A DNA stretch of 31,354 nucleotides. Origin: Patescibacteria group bacterium UBA910. Lineage in GTDB: Bacteria; Patescibacteriota; Minisyncoccia; Phycocordibacterales; DATDWN01. Positions 1 to 8,003 of this stretch are shown here, piece by piece. Location of the stretch: NCBI GenBank assembly GCA_002294445.1, contig DBEI01000037.1, positions 457 through 31,810 of the forward strand, in the 5' to 3' direction. Position numbers and translations under genes: made by a program. The notes below the pieces were generated by a model. It had not been told where the DNA came from and made no database searches. It saw only the letters and a program-made list of their open reading frames with translations. The stretch's first letter is position 1. Each line of letters starts with the position of its first letter.

Positions 1-33
1 AAGGCACCGAGAGTTCGAATCTCTCCGTCTCCG
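1..33 (+). tRNA. 3' part of a tRNA-Ser (anticodon lies outside the window)
   Basis: End of variable arm, T-arm GAGAG-TTCGAAT-CTCTC (9-25), acceptor 3' strand CGTCTCC (26-32) and discriminator G33, typical of Ser. CCA is not encoded. Confidence 0.8.
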
Positions 34-276
34 CAAATCAAGGACACCCTTTGGGGTGTTTTTGATTTGCGGAGCAAGAAAAATCAAAGATTTTTCGGGA
101 GAGATTCGAACGACGGAGCGGGCACCCATCGAGCACGATGGGTCGCGAGTCGGTGCCTAGCCTAAAATTTTTTGACGAAAAAATTTTAAGGCGAAGGAGA
201 AACTCTCTCCGTCTCCACGGATTTTGATTCAACGGAATTGAAATTATTCCTGACCAAATCTCTCCGTCTCCGCAAA
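34..276 (+). repeat. tRNA 3' trailer element, copy A
   Basis: Hairpin 29-74 that includes the tRNA 3' end; antisense T-arm copy at 98-111; core 101-202 matches 5197-5298 at 99/102; sense copies of the tRNA 3' end at 204-216 and 257-276 (20/20 identical to 18-37). Confidence 0.85.
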
Positions 277-360
277 GTCTGAGTAAAGTGAAAAATCTAT
301 ATTCCAATAAATTATGGATACTAGTTTAGTATATGCCCATGATATACTTATACCTATATT

Positions 361-1206
361 ATGAAACACATTTTTAAACACATTGGTCTTTTTTTATTTA
401 TCATAATAGTTACCCCACTGATTGCACACGCACATCAACCACGTATCACTGAAAGCCAGCAAACAATCGTTGTTGACCCTGAGATCTCTAAAGCATACTA
501 CGGCACACTCACCAATAAACCAGATGCTTACATAATCAACGCTTCAGAGCCGTTTGAATTGTATGTAAATCTTCTTGTGCCTGATACAAAAAATCAAAAA
601 AAGGATGTATCAGCTGTAATTATTAAAAATGGAAATGAAATTGCAGTACTTGAAGCAAGTAATGTGACCTGGGAAAAATTCTACGAACCATTTGGCGCAG
701 ATTGGTATTGGCGAGGACCTGAGTATACAGCCCAAGCTGATGCAGGTACATATGAGATTATTGTGTGGAGTAGTAACAATGACAGTAAATACTCTCTTGC
801 TATTGGCAAGAAAGAGGCTTTTGATTTCAAAGAAACAAAAAATGCATTACGTTTGATTCCACAACTCAAGAAAGATTTCTTTGAAACATCTCGACTTGGA
901 TTTATTAAATCACCTTTTGGATGGGGACTTGTACTTATACTCTATATCTTTGCGTTTATAACAGGTTTTCTATATCGCCTCATCCTCAAAAAAATTTTTC
1001 CAGGGACGTCACGAGGACTACATAAAAACATAGGCAAAAACGATCGAATTATGCGCCTGATTATCGCTGTTCTCTTGCTACTCTGGGCTATGAGCACATC
1101 GTGGAACCCAATTATCATTTTCTTTTCTGGGTTTACATTATTTGAAGCAATATTCAGTTGGTGTGGTTTTTATGCAGCAATAGGAAAAACAACCTGCCCG
1201 CTGTAA
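361..1206 (+). CDS. Membrane protein: exported N-terminal domain fused to a C-terminal DUF2892 (YgaP-like) domain
   Basis: Signal-peptide-like N-terminus; C-terminus KNIGKNDRIMRL...FEAIFSWCGFYAAIGKTTCP matches the DUF2892 pattern. Confidence 0.7.
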   Translation: MKHIFKHIGLFLFIIIVTPLIAHAHQPRITESQQTIVVDPEISKAYYGTLTNKPDAYIINASEPFELYVNLLVPDTKNQKKDVSAVIIKNGNEIAVLEASNVTWEKFYEPFGADWYWRGPEYTAQADAGTYEIIVWSSNNDSKYSLAIGKKEAFDFKETKNALRLIPQLKKDFFETSRLGFIKSPFGWGLVLILYIFAFITGFLYRLILKKIFPGTSRGLHKNIGKNDRIMRLIIAVLLLLWAMSTSWNPIIIFFSGFTLFEAIFSWCGFYAAIGKTTCPL

Positions 1207-1240
1207 TATATACATTATAATTCATATAACCCACATCGCC

Positions 1241-1768
1241 ATGAAAAAAATACTTTTTTTACTCGGTACTGCACGTGAAGGAAGAAAAAGTGAACAAGTT
1301 TCAAAATTTGTAATGTCTGTAGCACACACACGCACTGACATAGAACCTACATTTGTTGATGTTCGTGATTTCCCTCAATCAATCACATCACAATTATCCA
1401 AAGAACTAAATGACAAATGGAATACTCTCGTTAAAGAACATGATGGAATGGTGATTATCTCTCCTGAATACAACCACGGATATCCCGGCGAACTTAAACT
1501 CCTCCTTGATAACGCATACGATGTCTACGAAGGAAAACCTGTAGCAATCTGTGGGGTCTCAAATGGTCCGATAGGTGGCGCTCGAATGGCAGAACAACTC
1601 AAGCTAGTGCTTTCTGCATTCCAAATGATGATTATCAATGCTGCTGTATACTTTGCAAACGTCAACGAACTATTTGAAACATCTGGAGAAATAAAAAATA
1701 CTGAATATTGGGAAAAGCGTGTACATGGCATGATTGATCAAGTGATCAAGTACACACAAAATAACTAA
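1241..1768 (+). CDS. NAD(P)H-dependent FMN reductase (flavodoxin-like SsuE/ChrR family)
   Basis: Motifs LGTAREGRKS, SPEYNHGYPGELK and GGARMAEQL. Confidence 0.9.
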   Translation: MKKILFLLGTAREGRKSEQVSKFVMSVAHTRTDIEPTFVDVRDFPQSITSQLSKELNDKWNTLVKEHDGMVIISPEYNHGYPGELKLLLDNAYDVYEGKPVAICGVSNGPIGGARMAEQLKLVLSAFQMMIINAAVYFANVNELFETSGEIKNTEYWEKRVHGMIDQVIKYTQNN

Positions 1769-1858
1769 TACGTCACACTCCCCATCCACAACCTTTTTAC
1801 AGAACACATGATACAATATATGTGTAGTCGAAAAGTATACAATTAACATATAATACAC

Positions 1859-2002
1859 ATGAAAACATATATATTATTGGGTGCGGCTCTTTCTTTAGCT
1901 CTGGCAGTATACCTTTGGTCTGTAGGCCAAACAGATCAAGGTCTTTTTGTAGGTCTTTGGGTACCATCAATTCTCGCACTCGGTGCTTTCTTGAAAAAAT
2001 AA
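1859..2002 (+). CDS. 47-aa membrane micro-protein (below the ORF-track cutoff)
   Basis: Hand-translated: MKTYILLGAALSLALAVYLWSVGQTDQGLFVGLWVPSILALGAFLKK*; two hydrophobic segments. Confidence 0.75.
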   Translation: MKTYILLGAALSLALAVYLWSVGQTDQGLFVGLWVPSILALGAFLKK

Positions 2003-2003
2003 T

Positions 2004-2084
2004 ATGCTCTCTCACACAGCTATTTTTATTGCTGGTTTCATCATTACAACAATTGTGCTTTTAGGTGTGTTGAAGGATAGGTAA
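2004..2084 (+). CDS. 26-aa hydrophobic micro-protein
   Basis: Hand-translated: MLSHTAIFIAGFIITTIVLLGVLKDR*; ATG lies 1 nt after the preceding stop; single TM-like segment. Confidence 0.55.
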   Translation: MLSHTAIFIAGFIITTIVLLGVLKDR

Positions 2085-2168
2085 ACACCATATTCATCTG
2101 GTTACATCATTCCAAACTGTTTACAGAGTGGGAGAATTTCATCTATTCAGTCTATTTGATTTGAAACT

Positions 2169-3641
2169 ATGGCACCACAGAAACATATATACCACCTCGT
2201 CTACCCACACCAACTTTTTGAAGAACTTTTCTTATTTCCAAAAGAGACGGTCTTTGTACTCATCGAAGACCCTCTCTTTTTTGGTGATAAAAAATACCCA
2301 AGAAATTTTCATAAACAAAAAATTGTCTTGCATCGAGCTTCTATGCGGGCAATCATGGAAAAGCTTACACACAAAGGATTTAAGGTGCATTATTTTGAAT
2401 ATACAAACCACCCTGATCCAGAACATGTAGCCACTTTTTTTAACACAAAAAAAGATCAGGTATTTACTGTATACGATCCGGTAGATTATATACTCGAACG
2501 TAGGCTCAAAAAATCTTTCTCTTCCTTCCCTTCTTTTTCTATAAAAGAGACACCAAATTTCTTAACACCACTACCAACCATCAATTCTTTTTTTAAGGGA
2601 AAGAAAAAACTACTCATGAATAGTTTTTACATATACCAACGCAAAAGACTGGGTATATTGGTGGATAACGATAAACCGATAGGTGGTAAATGGAGTTTTG
2701 ATACAGAAAACAGGAAACGACTCCCAAAAGATATTTCTCTTCCATACGACATCAACCACACAAAAGATACACATGTTGCTGAAGCAATAGACTACACAAA
2801 CAAACACTTCAAACATAACCCGGGAAATGCGGAAGATTTCAATTATCCTATAGACCACGCAAGCGCCCAAAAACTTCTCACTCACTTTATAACCCACAAA
2901 CTGAGCTTGTTTGGTGCATATGAAGACGCGATCACAGAAAAAGACTCGACTCTTTTTCATAGTACACTCTCTGCACCTTTAAATATTGGGCTCTTGTCCC
3001 CTGCAACAATCACTGAAAAGGTATTATCGGTACAACATCACACACCGATTGCATCACTCGAAGGTTTCATTCGTCAAATCATTGGCTGGCGAGAATTTAT
3101 GCGTGCAGTGTATGTTCTCAAAGGTTCTGAGATGCGAAACAAAAATTTTTTAAAGCATACACGAAAGCTTCCCCAATCTTGGTATAATGCAACAACAGGC
3201 ATACACCCTATCGACCACACCATTCAGAAAGTACTTACACACGCATACTGTCATCACATTGAACGCCTGATGATCCTTGGAAACTTCATGCTTCTCCTGC
3301 AGATCAAACCGTCAGATATTTATGATTGGTTTATGGATCTATTTATCGATGCATACGACTGGGTCATGGTGCCAAACGTGTATGCTATGAGTCAATTTGC
3401 TGATGGAGGCACTGTCACCACTAAACCATATTTTAGCTCCTCACATTACGTCCTTAAAATGAGCGACTACAAAAAAGGTGAATGGTGTGAAATATGGGAC
3501 AGTCTGTTCTATGTATTTCTCGAAAACCACCGTGCAGTAATTGCTAAAAATCCACGACTTACTGTGCTTATAAAAAATCTTGAGAAATTATCTCCAGAAC
3601 GCAAAGCGAATATGAAAAAGATTATAAAAAAATACACATGA
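2169..3641 (+). CDS. Bacterial (6-4) photolyase / cryptochrome-photolyase family protein (PhrB/FeS-BCP-like clade, lacking Fe-S cysteines)
   Basis: Motifs FHKQK, GGKWSFDTENRK, EGFIRQIIGWREF, HAYCHHIERLMILGNF and DAYDWVMVPNV; only two Cys in 490 aa. Confidence 0.88.
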   Translation: MAPQKHIYHLVYPHQLFEELFLFPKETVFVLIEDPLFFGDKKYPRNFHKQKIVLHRASMRAIMEKLTHKGFKVHYFEYTNHPDPEHVATFFNTKKDQVFTVYDPVDYILERRLKKSFSSFPSFSIKETPNFLTPLPTINSFFKGKKKLLMNSFYIYQRKRLGILVDNDKPIGGKWSFDTENRKRLPKDISLPYDINHTKDTHVAEAIDYTNKHFKHNPGNAEDFNYPIDHASAQKLLTHFITHKLSLFGAYEDAITEKDSTLFHSTLSAPLNIGLLSPATITEKVLSVQHHTPIASLEGFIRQIIGWREFMRAVYVLKGSEMRNKNFLKHTRKLPQSWYNATTGIHPIDHTIQKVLTHAYCHHIERLMILGNFMLLLQIKPSDIYDWFMDLFIDAYDWVMVPNVYAMSQFADGGTVTTKPYFSSSHYVLKMSDYKKGEWCEIWDSLFYVFLENHRAVIAKNPRLTVLIKNLEKLSPERKANMKKIIKKYT

Positions 3642-4996
3642 AGCACATAATTGATCAAAGAAGAATACATCCACTCAATGACCACCCTATCGGAGACGGC
3701 CCGATACTATACTGGATGAGTCGAGACCAACGAGCACACGACAACTGGGCACTCCTTCACGCTCAAACACTTGCTTCAGAAAAGAACCAAGAACTCATAG
3801 TGGTATTTTGTTTGGTTCCTCATTTTCTCGAAGCTACCATCCGTCAGTATGGTTTTATGCTCAAGGGACTTGAAGAAGTGGAGCAAGAACTCGAAAAGCA
3901 CAATATTCGCTTTCATCTTCTTCAAGGAGACCCGAGCAAGGAAATTCTTGCATATGCTCACAAGATAAAGGCAGGGGCGATCGTGACAGACTTTGACCCA
4001 CTCCATATTAAAAAGAAATGGAGAGAGTCTGTAGCACACTCATGTGAATGCGCATTATACGAAGTTGACACCCACAATATCGTTCCATGCCGAATCGCTT
4101 CTCCAAAACAAGAATTTGGTGCATATACACTGAGACCAAAAATTCATAAGGTTCTCCACGAATACCTGACAGATATACCCTCTCTCAAAAAACAAACTCT
4201 CGAAGTATCTCACAAAAAAACTCATTGGAAAGATGTATATGATTCACTTCATGTAGATATGAGCGTACCTGAAGTACAATGGTGCATCAGCGGAGAAAAA
4301 GCTGCTCACCGTGTCCTCAAACAGTTTATACATGAACGATTGCATGCATACAACACTGACCGAAATGACCCCACAAAAGATGGCCAATCAGACCTGTCAC
4401 CATATCTCCATTTTGGACAAATATCAGCACAACGAGTCGCCCTTGAAATCAAAAAGCATGGACATGGACACATACACATGCAAGCTTTTCTCGAAGAATT
4501 GATTGTACGCAAAGAATTATCTGATAATTTTTGTCACTACAATCCACATTACGATTCTGTAGTTGGCTTCCCTGCATGGGCACAAAAGACCCTAAAAGAG
4601 CACGAAAAGGATGCGCGGGAGTACACATACACACGCACAGTCTTTGAACACGCACATACTCATGACCCACTCTGGAATGCTGCTCAACTCCAGATGGTAC
4701 ATACAGGAAAGATGCATGGATACATGCGCATGTATTGGGCAAAAAAGATACTTGAATGGACTAAAAATCCTGAGGAAGCACTACAGATTGCACTCTATTT
4801 AAATGATAAATATGAGCTTGATGGTCGTGACCCAAATGGATATGTGGGAGTGGCTTGGTCTATTGGCGGTGTACATGATCGGGCATGGTTTGACCGAGAT
4901 ATTTTCGGAAAAATACGCTACATGAGCTACAACGGATGTAAATCAAAGTTTGATGTTGCGGGGTATATAAAAAAATACAATCCAAAAGAAGAATAA
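3638..4996 (+). CDS. phr: Class II CPD (deoxyribodipyrimidine) photolyase
   Basis: Motifs YWMSRDQRAHDNWAL, SPYLHFGQIS, MHGYMRMYWAKK and DGRDPNGYVGVAWSIGGVHDRAW; ATGA overlap with the upstream gene. Confidence 0.93.
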   Translation: MKHIIDQRRIHPLNDHPIGDGPILYWMSRDQRAHDNWALLHAQTLASEKNQELIVVFCLVPHFLEATIRQYGFMLKGLEEVEQELEKHNIRFHLLQGDPSKEILAYAHKIKAGAIVTDFDPLHIKKKWRESVAHSCECALYEVDTHNIVPCRIASPKQEFGAYTLRPKIHKVLHEYLTDIPSLKKQTLEVSHKKTHWKDVYDSLHVDMSVPEVQWCISGEKAAHRVLKQFIHERLHAYNTDRNDPTKDGQSDLSPYLHFGQISAQRVALEIKKHGHGHIHMQAFLEELIVRKELSDNFCHYNPHYDSVVGFPAWAQKTLKEHEKDAREYTYTRTVFEHAHTHDPLWNAAQLQMVHTGKMHGYMRMYWAKKILEWTKNPEEALQIALYLNDKYELDGRDPNGYVGVAWSIGGVHDRAWFDRDIFGKIRYMSYNGCKSKFDVAGYIKKYNPKEE

Positions 4997-5041
4997 AAAC
5001 TTTTGCAAATAAGCCTCTAATCGAGTAATCTATACTATACT

Positions 5042-5128
5042 GGAGGATTGGATGAGTGGCTTAAATCAACGGTTTACTAAACCGTCGTTCGGGAAACCGA
5101 ACCGTGAGTTCGAATCTCACATCCTCCG
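5042..5128 (+). tRNA. tRNA-Ser with anticodon ACT
   Basis: Acceptor GGAGGAT/ATCCTCC, discriminator G; anticodon stem ACGGT/ACCGT with loop TT-ACT-AA (5074-5080); long variable arm GTTCGG-GAAA-CCGAAC; T-arm GTGAG-TTCGAAT-CTCAC. Confidence 0.9.
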
Positions 5129-5316
5129 CAAATGAAAGACACCCTCCGGGGTGTTTTTCATTTGCAGAGGAAAGCAAAACTGGAAGTTTTGAGGGTGAGA
5201 TTCGAACGACGGAGCGGGCACCCATCGAGCACGATGGGTCGCGAGTCGGTGCCCAGTCTAAAATTTTTTGACGAAAAAATTTTAAGGCGAGGGAGAAATT
5301 CTCACATCCTCCGCAA
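5129..5316 (+). repeat. tRNA 3' trailer element, copy B
   Basis: Hairpin 5124-5169; antisense T-arm copy at 5195-5207; shared core 5197-5298; 17-bp exact repeat of this tRNA's 3' end at 5300-5316 (equals 5115-5131). Confidence 0.85.
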
Positions 5317-5600
5317 CGAAAGTTCCTCATACCGATTTAGGTATGAGGAACTTTTTGTTTACAGGAGTGGAGGTGAGATTCGAAAGATGGAGGCGGCATA
5401 CAAGACGAACGAAGTGGGTGCTTATCGCCGAGTCGGGCTGAGCCATGAAGTGACAAGCGGAGGACCTTTTGAGATTTTTTATAAACTTGTGTAATAAAAA
5501 ATCCAAAAGAGATACCAACCCTGTAAAGGTCGAGAGTACTTGGTGCTCGCAGGATGTATTCACCTGAGAACACTTAGTAACTCGTGACCGAATCTCAAAT
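5317..5600 (+). repeat. Second, divergent trailer unit
   Basis: 15-bp stem at 5319-5354; another antisense T-arm GGTGAGATTCGAA at 5372-5384; core-like GA.GGAG..GGCA...CGAGTCGG; A/T-tract hairpin; ends with a degenerate TGACCGAATCTCA. Confidence 0.6.
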
Positions 5601-5654
5601 CTGTATTATCAGAACGCATTTGCTGTATAATAAAACAGTGAAATCATAAATTAA

Positions 5655-6437
5655 TTGAAAATGGAAAAAAAATTTCTATTACCAAGAGAAAAATATGCGG
5701 AAGCAAGAAAGCAATACGGTCACAGCCCATTTACTTTTGAAATTGAAAAAAATGGACAAGTCTTATTCTATTTTGGTGCAAATCACTCAACCGACCCTGA
5801 AAACAACCAGTTTCCAATTTTGAGAACATACTGGAAAAAATTTTTAGAAAAAACAAAGGGAAAAGATAAAATTGTATTAATTGAAGGAGGATTAAGACCT
5901 CTGGCTCAGACTGAAAAAGAGGCTATAGAAAAGAGTTCAGAAGGAGGTCTCGCTACTTACCTTGCCAACAAAGAGAATGTGCCTATTACCTCTCCTGATA
6001 TAGACTCTGATGATTTTGCAAAGTCTATACCTGACCTAGATCCACAACAATGGTTTTTAGCATCTTTTCTTCGTTGGTTTGAATTATTTCAAAAAAATAA
6101 AAAAGTAAAAGAGAATACCCTAGAAGAGATCTGTAAAATAATAAAAAGAAAAGACTACTGGAAAGACGTTGAGGTTACCCCTGAAAAGTTCAAGATCTTA
6201 TACAAGCAATATATCGGAAAAGATTTTCATGAATATGAGAGTCAAAATAATTTTATAAATCCGAACAGAGATGACGCTATTACAAATAAGCTGATAAGAA
6301 TGCATAGCGACGCAAGAGAAGTAAAAATCGTTGAGGATGCACATAAATACTGGCAAGAAGGCAAGAATATTTTTATCGTCTTTGGCAGTGGCCACCTTAT
6401 TATTCAAAGACCCGCTTTAGAGACACTTCTAAAGTGA
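5655..6437 (+). CDS. Hypothetical protein
   Basis: 260-aa ORF (TTG at 5655 or ATG at 5661) with upstream TG-TATAAT; C-terminal FIVFGSGH is weakly reminiscent of TraB/GumN folds but is not assigned. Confidence 0.75.
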   Translation: MKMEKKFLLPREKYAEARKQYGHSPFTFEIEKNGQVLFYFGANHSTDPENNQFPILRTYWKKFLEKTKGKDKIVLIEGGLRPLAQTEKEAIEKSSEGGLATYLANKENVPITSPDIDSDDFAKSIPDLDPQQWFLASFLRWFELFQKNKKVKENTLEEICKIIKRKDYWKDVEVTPEKFKILYKQYIGKDFHEYESQNNFINPNRDDAITNKLIRMHSDAREVKIVEDAHKYWQEGKNIFIVFGSGHLIIQRPALETLLK

Positions 6438-6539
6438 CTGAAGTCTCTATAAGAACATCGACAAAAGATATAATTTATTTTATATGCTTTCAGTTAACAA
6501 TTATAAGTACCTACAAACAAACACACTGTTCAAACAAGT

Positions 6540-6574
6540 AGATAAAGATATGAATTCCGATAAGTTTAATCAAA
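6540..6574 (+). repeat. Degenerate direct repeat, copy 1 (partner at 7837-7871)
   Basis: AGATAAAGATATGAATTCCGATAAGTTTAATCAAA vs AGATAAGGAGATGAATTCCGATGAGTTTAACCAAA, 31/35 identical. Confidence 0.75.
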
Positions 6575-6665
6575 CAGGTTGTAGATTTTAATAAAAATCA
6601 ATACTAGGAAAAATCTTGATGAAATAACCAAAACAGTCTTAATCAACCTTAAATAACATGCAACC

Positions 6666-7736
6666 ATGAAAGAAGTAGATATTTTCAAGACCAGAAAGTT
6701 AAAGTTCAGAATGACCACTTTCGACCGCCTAACAACAGAGCTGGAAACTGGCATATGGGGAGTAATTGGATTTCCGAGTCTGAAGACAATGGATTCTTTT
6801 GAAGCTAGAAAAATAACAGAAGAAACCCTAGAAGAGCGCGAAAAATTGAGAAAAGACAAACCATATAATGACCCAAGAAATCACATATTCTCTCATAGAG
6901 GAAACGTGATTTATCCTGATGGACAATTAGATGTACTACTGTGTTCTTTAAAGAATACTGAGCCTAACGATCTGTATTTATATCCTGAAAACCCCGACTA
7001 TAAAAATTTACTTTCCTTATTTACAAATAGTACTCTTAACTTCACTGGTCTTAAAGATATTTTATCTGAATTAGGATACTCTTCTAACACAGAAGCTACT
7101 AGTGAGACACTAGTAGATATTATTGAAACAAATTATGAAATAATTCAGGAAAAAATATCTTTAAATGTCTTTGAGACCCGCTCAGACAAACTACTAAAAG
7201 GAATAAATATAGCTGACAAATTTGATATAGGATATGTGATTGACCCTTCTCTTAAAGTTCTTATTTCTTATAACGATGACCATATGAATCAGGGAGTCAT
7301 AATGGGACCGAAAATTGACCCTAACCACATCATTGGTATTCTAGTAAATTCATCCAGGGTTGAAAAATTAAAAAACCAGAGATACATTATTCCTGAAAAA
7401 CCATTCGAGAGTTTAGCTACTATTCATTTGGCAACTTTAAGGAATTTTATTGATTGGTTCGGAAGAAAGAGAGTGAGTGAAAGCATACATCAAAAGCTCC
7501 TAGAATTCATTAAAGATATCCCTGAGTCATTCTTTTACATGGATGCAAATTCAAAAGTAGATAACATCTTTAATCAAGAGGAACTTAAAGTCTTAAATCA
7601 TACTGCAAAAGATTTTCTTACAGAAAGCAACTCATTCAGAGACGGACAGACATATTACGAATGTATTTTGGAACTGTGTAAAAAATATAAATTACCCCTC
7701 TATTGTTCGGATGGAACGATCTTGCACAAGGATTAA
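6666..7736 (+). CDS. Hypothetical protein
   Basis: 356-aa uninterrupted AT-rich ORF; no motif recognised. Confidence 0.75.
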   Translation: MKEVDIFKTRKLKFRMTTFDRLTTELETGIWGVIGFPSLKTMDSFEARKITEETLEEREKLRKDKPYNDPRNHIFSHRGNVIYPDGQLDVLLCSLKNTEPNDLYLYPENPDYKNLLSLFTNSTLNFTGLKDILSELGYSSNTEATSETLVDIIETNYEIIQEKISLNVFETRSDKLLKGINIADKFDIGYVIDPSLKVLISYNDDHMNQGVIMGPKIDPNHIIGILVNSSRVEKLKNQRYIIPEKPFESLATIHLATLRNFIDWFGRKRVSESIHQKLLEFIKDIPESFFYMDANSKVDNIFNQEELKVLNHTAKDFLTESNSFRDGQTYYECILELCKKYKLPLYCSDGTILHKD

Positions 7737-7798
7737 GTTTATTAATGAAATATTAAGTAGAACAGCAAAAAATCTCGACTCTGATAAAATTAATAATC

Positions 7799-7981
7799 AT
7801 GAATCTTTACAACAAGCACATACTACCCAAACAGCCAGATAAGGAGATGAATTCCGATGAGTTTAACCAAAAAAGAAAGAGGGTGGTAGAAAAAGCGATA
7901 AGAAATAAATCAGCTAGAGATTTCTTTAGGGTTTTATCTCAGTGCTCAATCTATACTTATTTAAGTATTACACTGTTATAA
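7799..7981 (+). pseudogene. Probable N-terminal remnant of a class I SAM-dependent methyltransferase
   Basis: MNLYNKHILPK..DKEMNSDEFNQKRKRVVEKA resembles methyltransferase N-termini; the frame degrades before any SAM-binding motif. Confidence 0.4.
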
Positions 7982-8003
7982 AACCAGATACCAACTGGCA
8001 ATA

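Noticed and set aside
186-200. CTCCTTCGC match between the trailer core (reverse strand) and the mutY/GIY-YIG repeat
   Set aside because: Only 9 bp, and mutated in copy B; not enough to call the two repeat families homologous.
18-276. CRISPR-like array suggested by three direct repeats
   Set aside because: The repeats are tRNA 3' ends, the spacers are very unequal in length, and no cas genes are present.
38-307. 89-aa ORF, with similar ORFs at 5061-5330, 5132-5494, 5327-5563 and 5337-5573
   Set aside because: They run through tRNA and hairpin-rich repeat DNA and resemble each other only because the repeat core is shared.
1805-1848. Possible light-regulator (CarH/LitR) operator; CACAT-N10-ATGTG inverted repeat
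   Set aside because: Short AT-rich matches without the regular 11-bp spacing, and no regulator gene in the window.
5074-5080. Reading the loop as a CTA amber-suppressor anticodon
   Set aside because: The 5-bp stem fixes a 7-nt loop with U33 followed by ACT; CTA would need an out-of-register loop.
5655-8003. Integrative element or prophage at tRNA-Ser
   Set aside because: No integrase, phage genes or distal att copy were found beyond the local trailer repeats.
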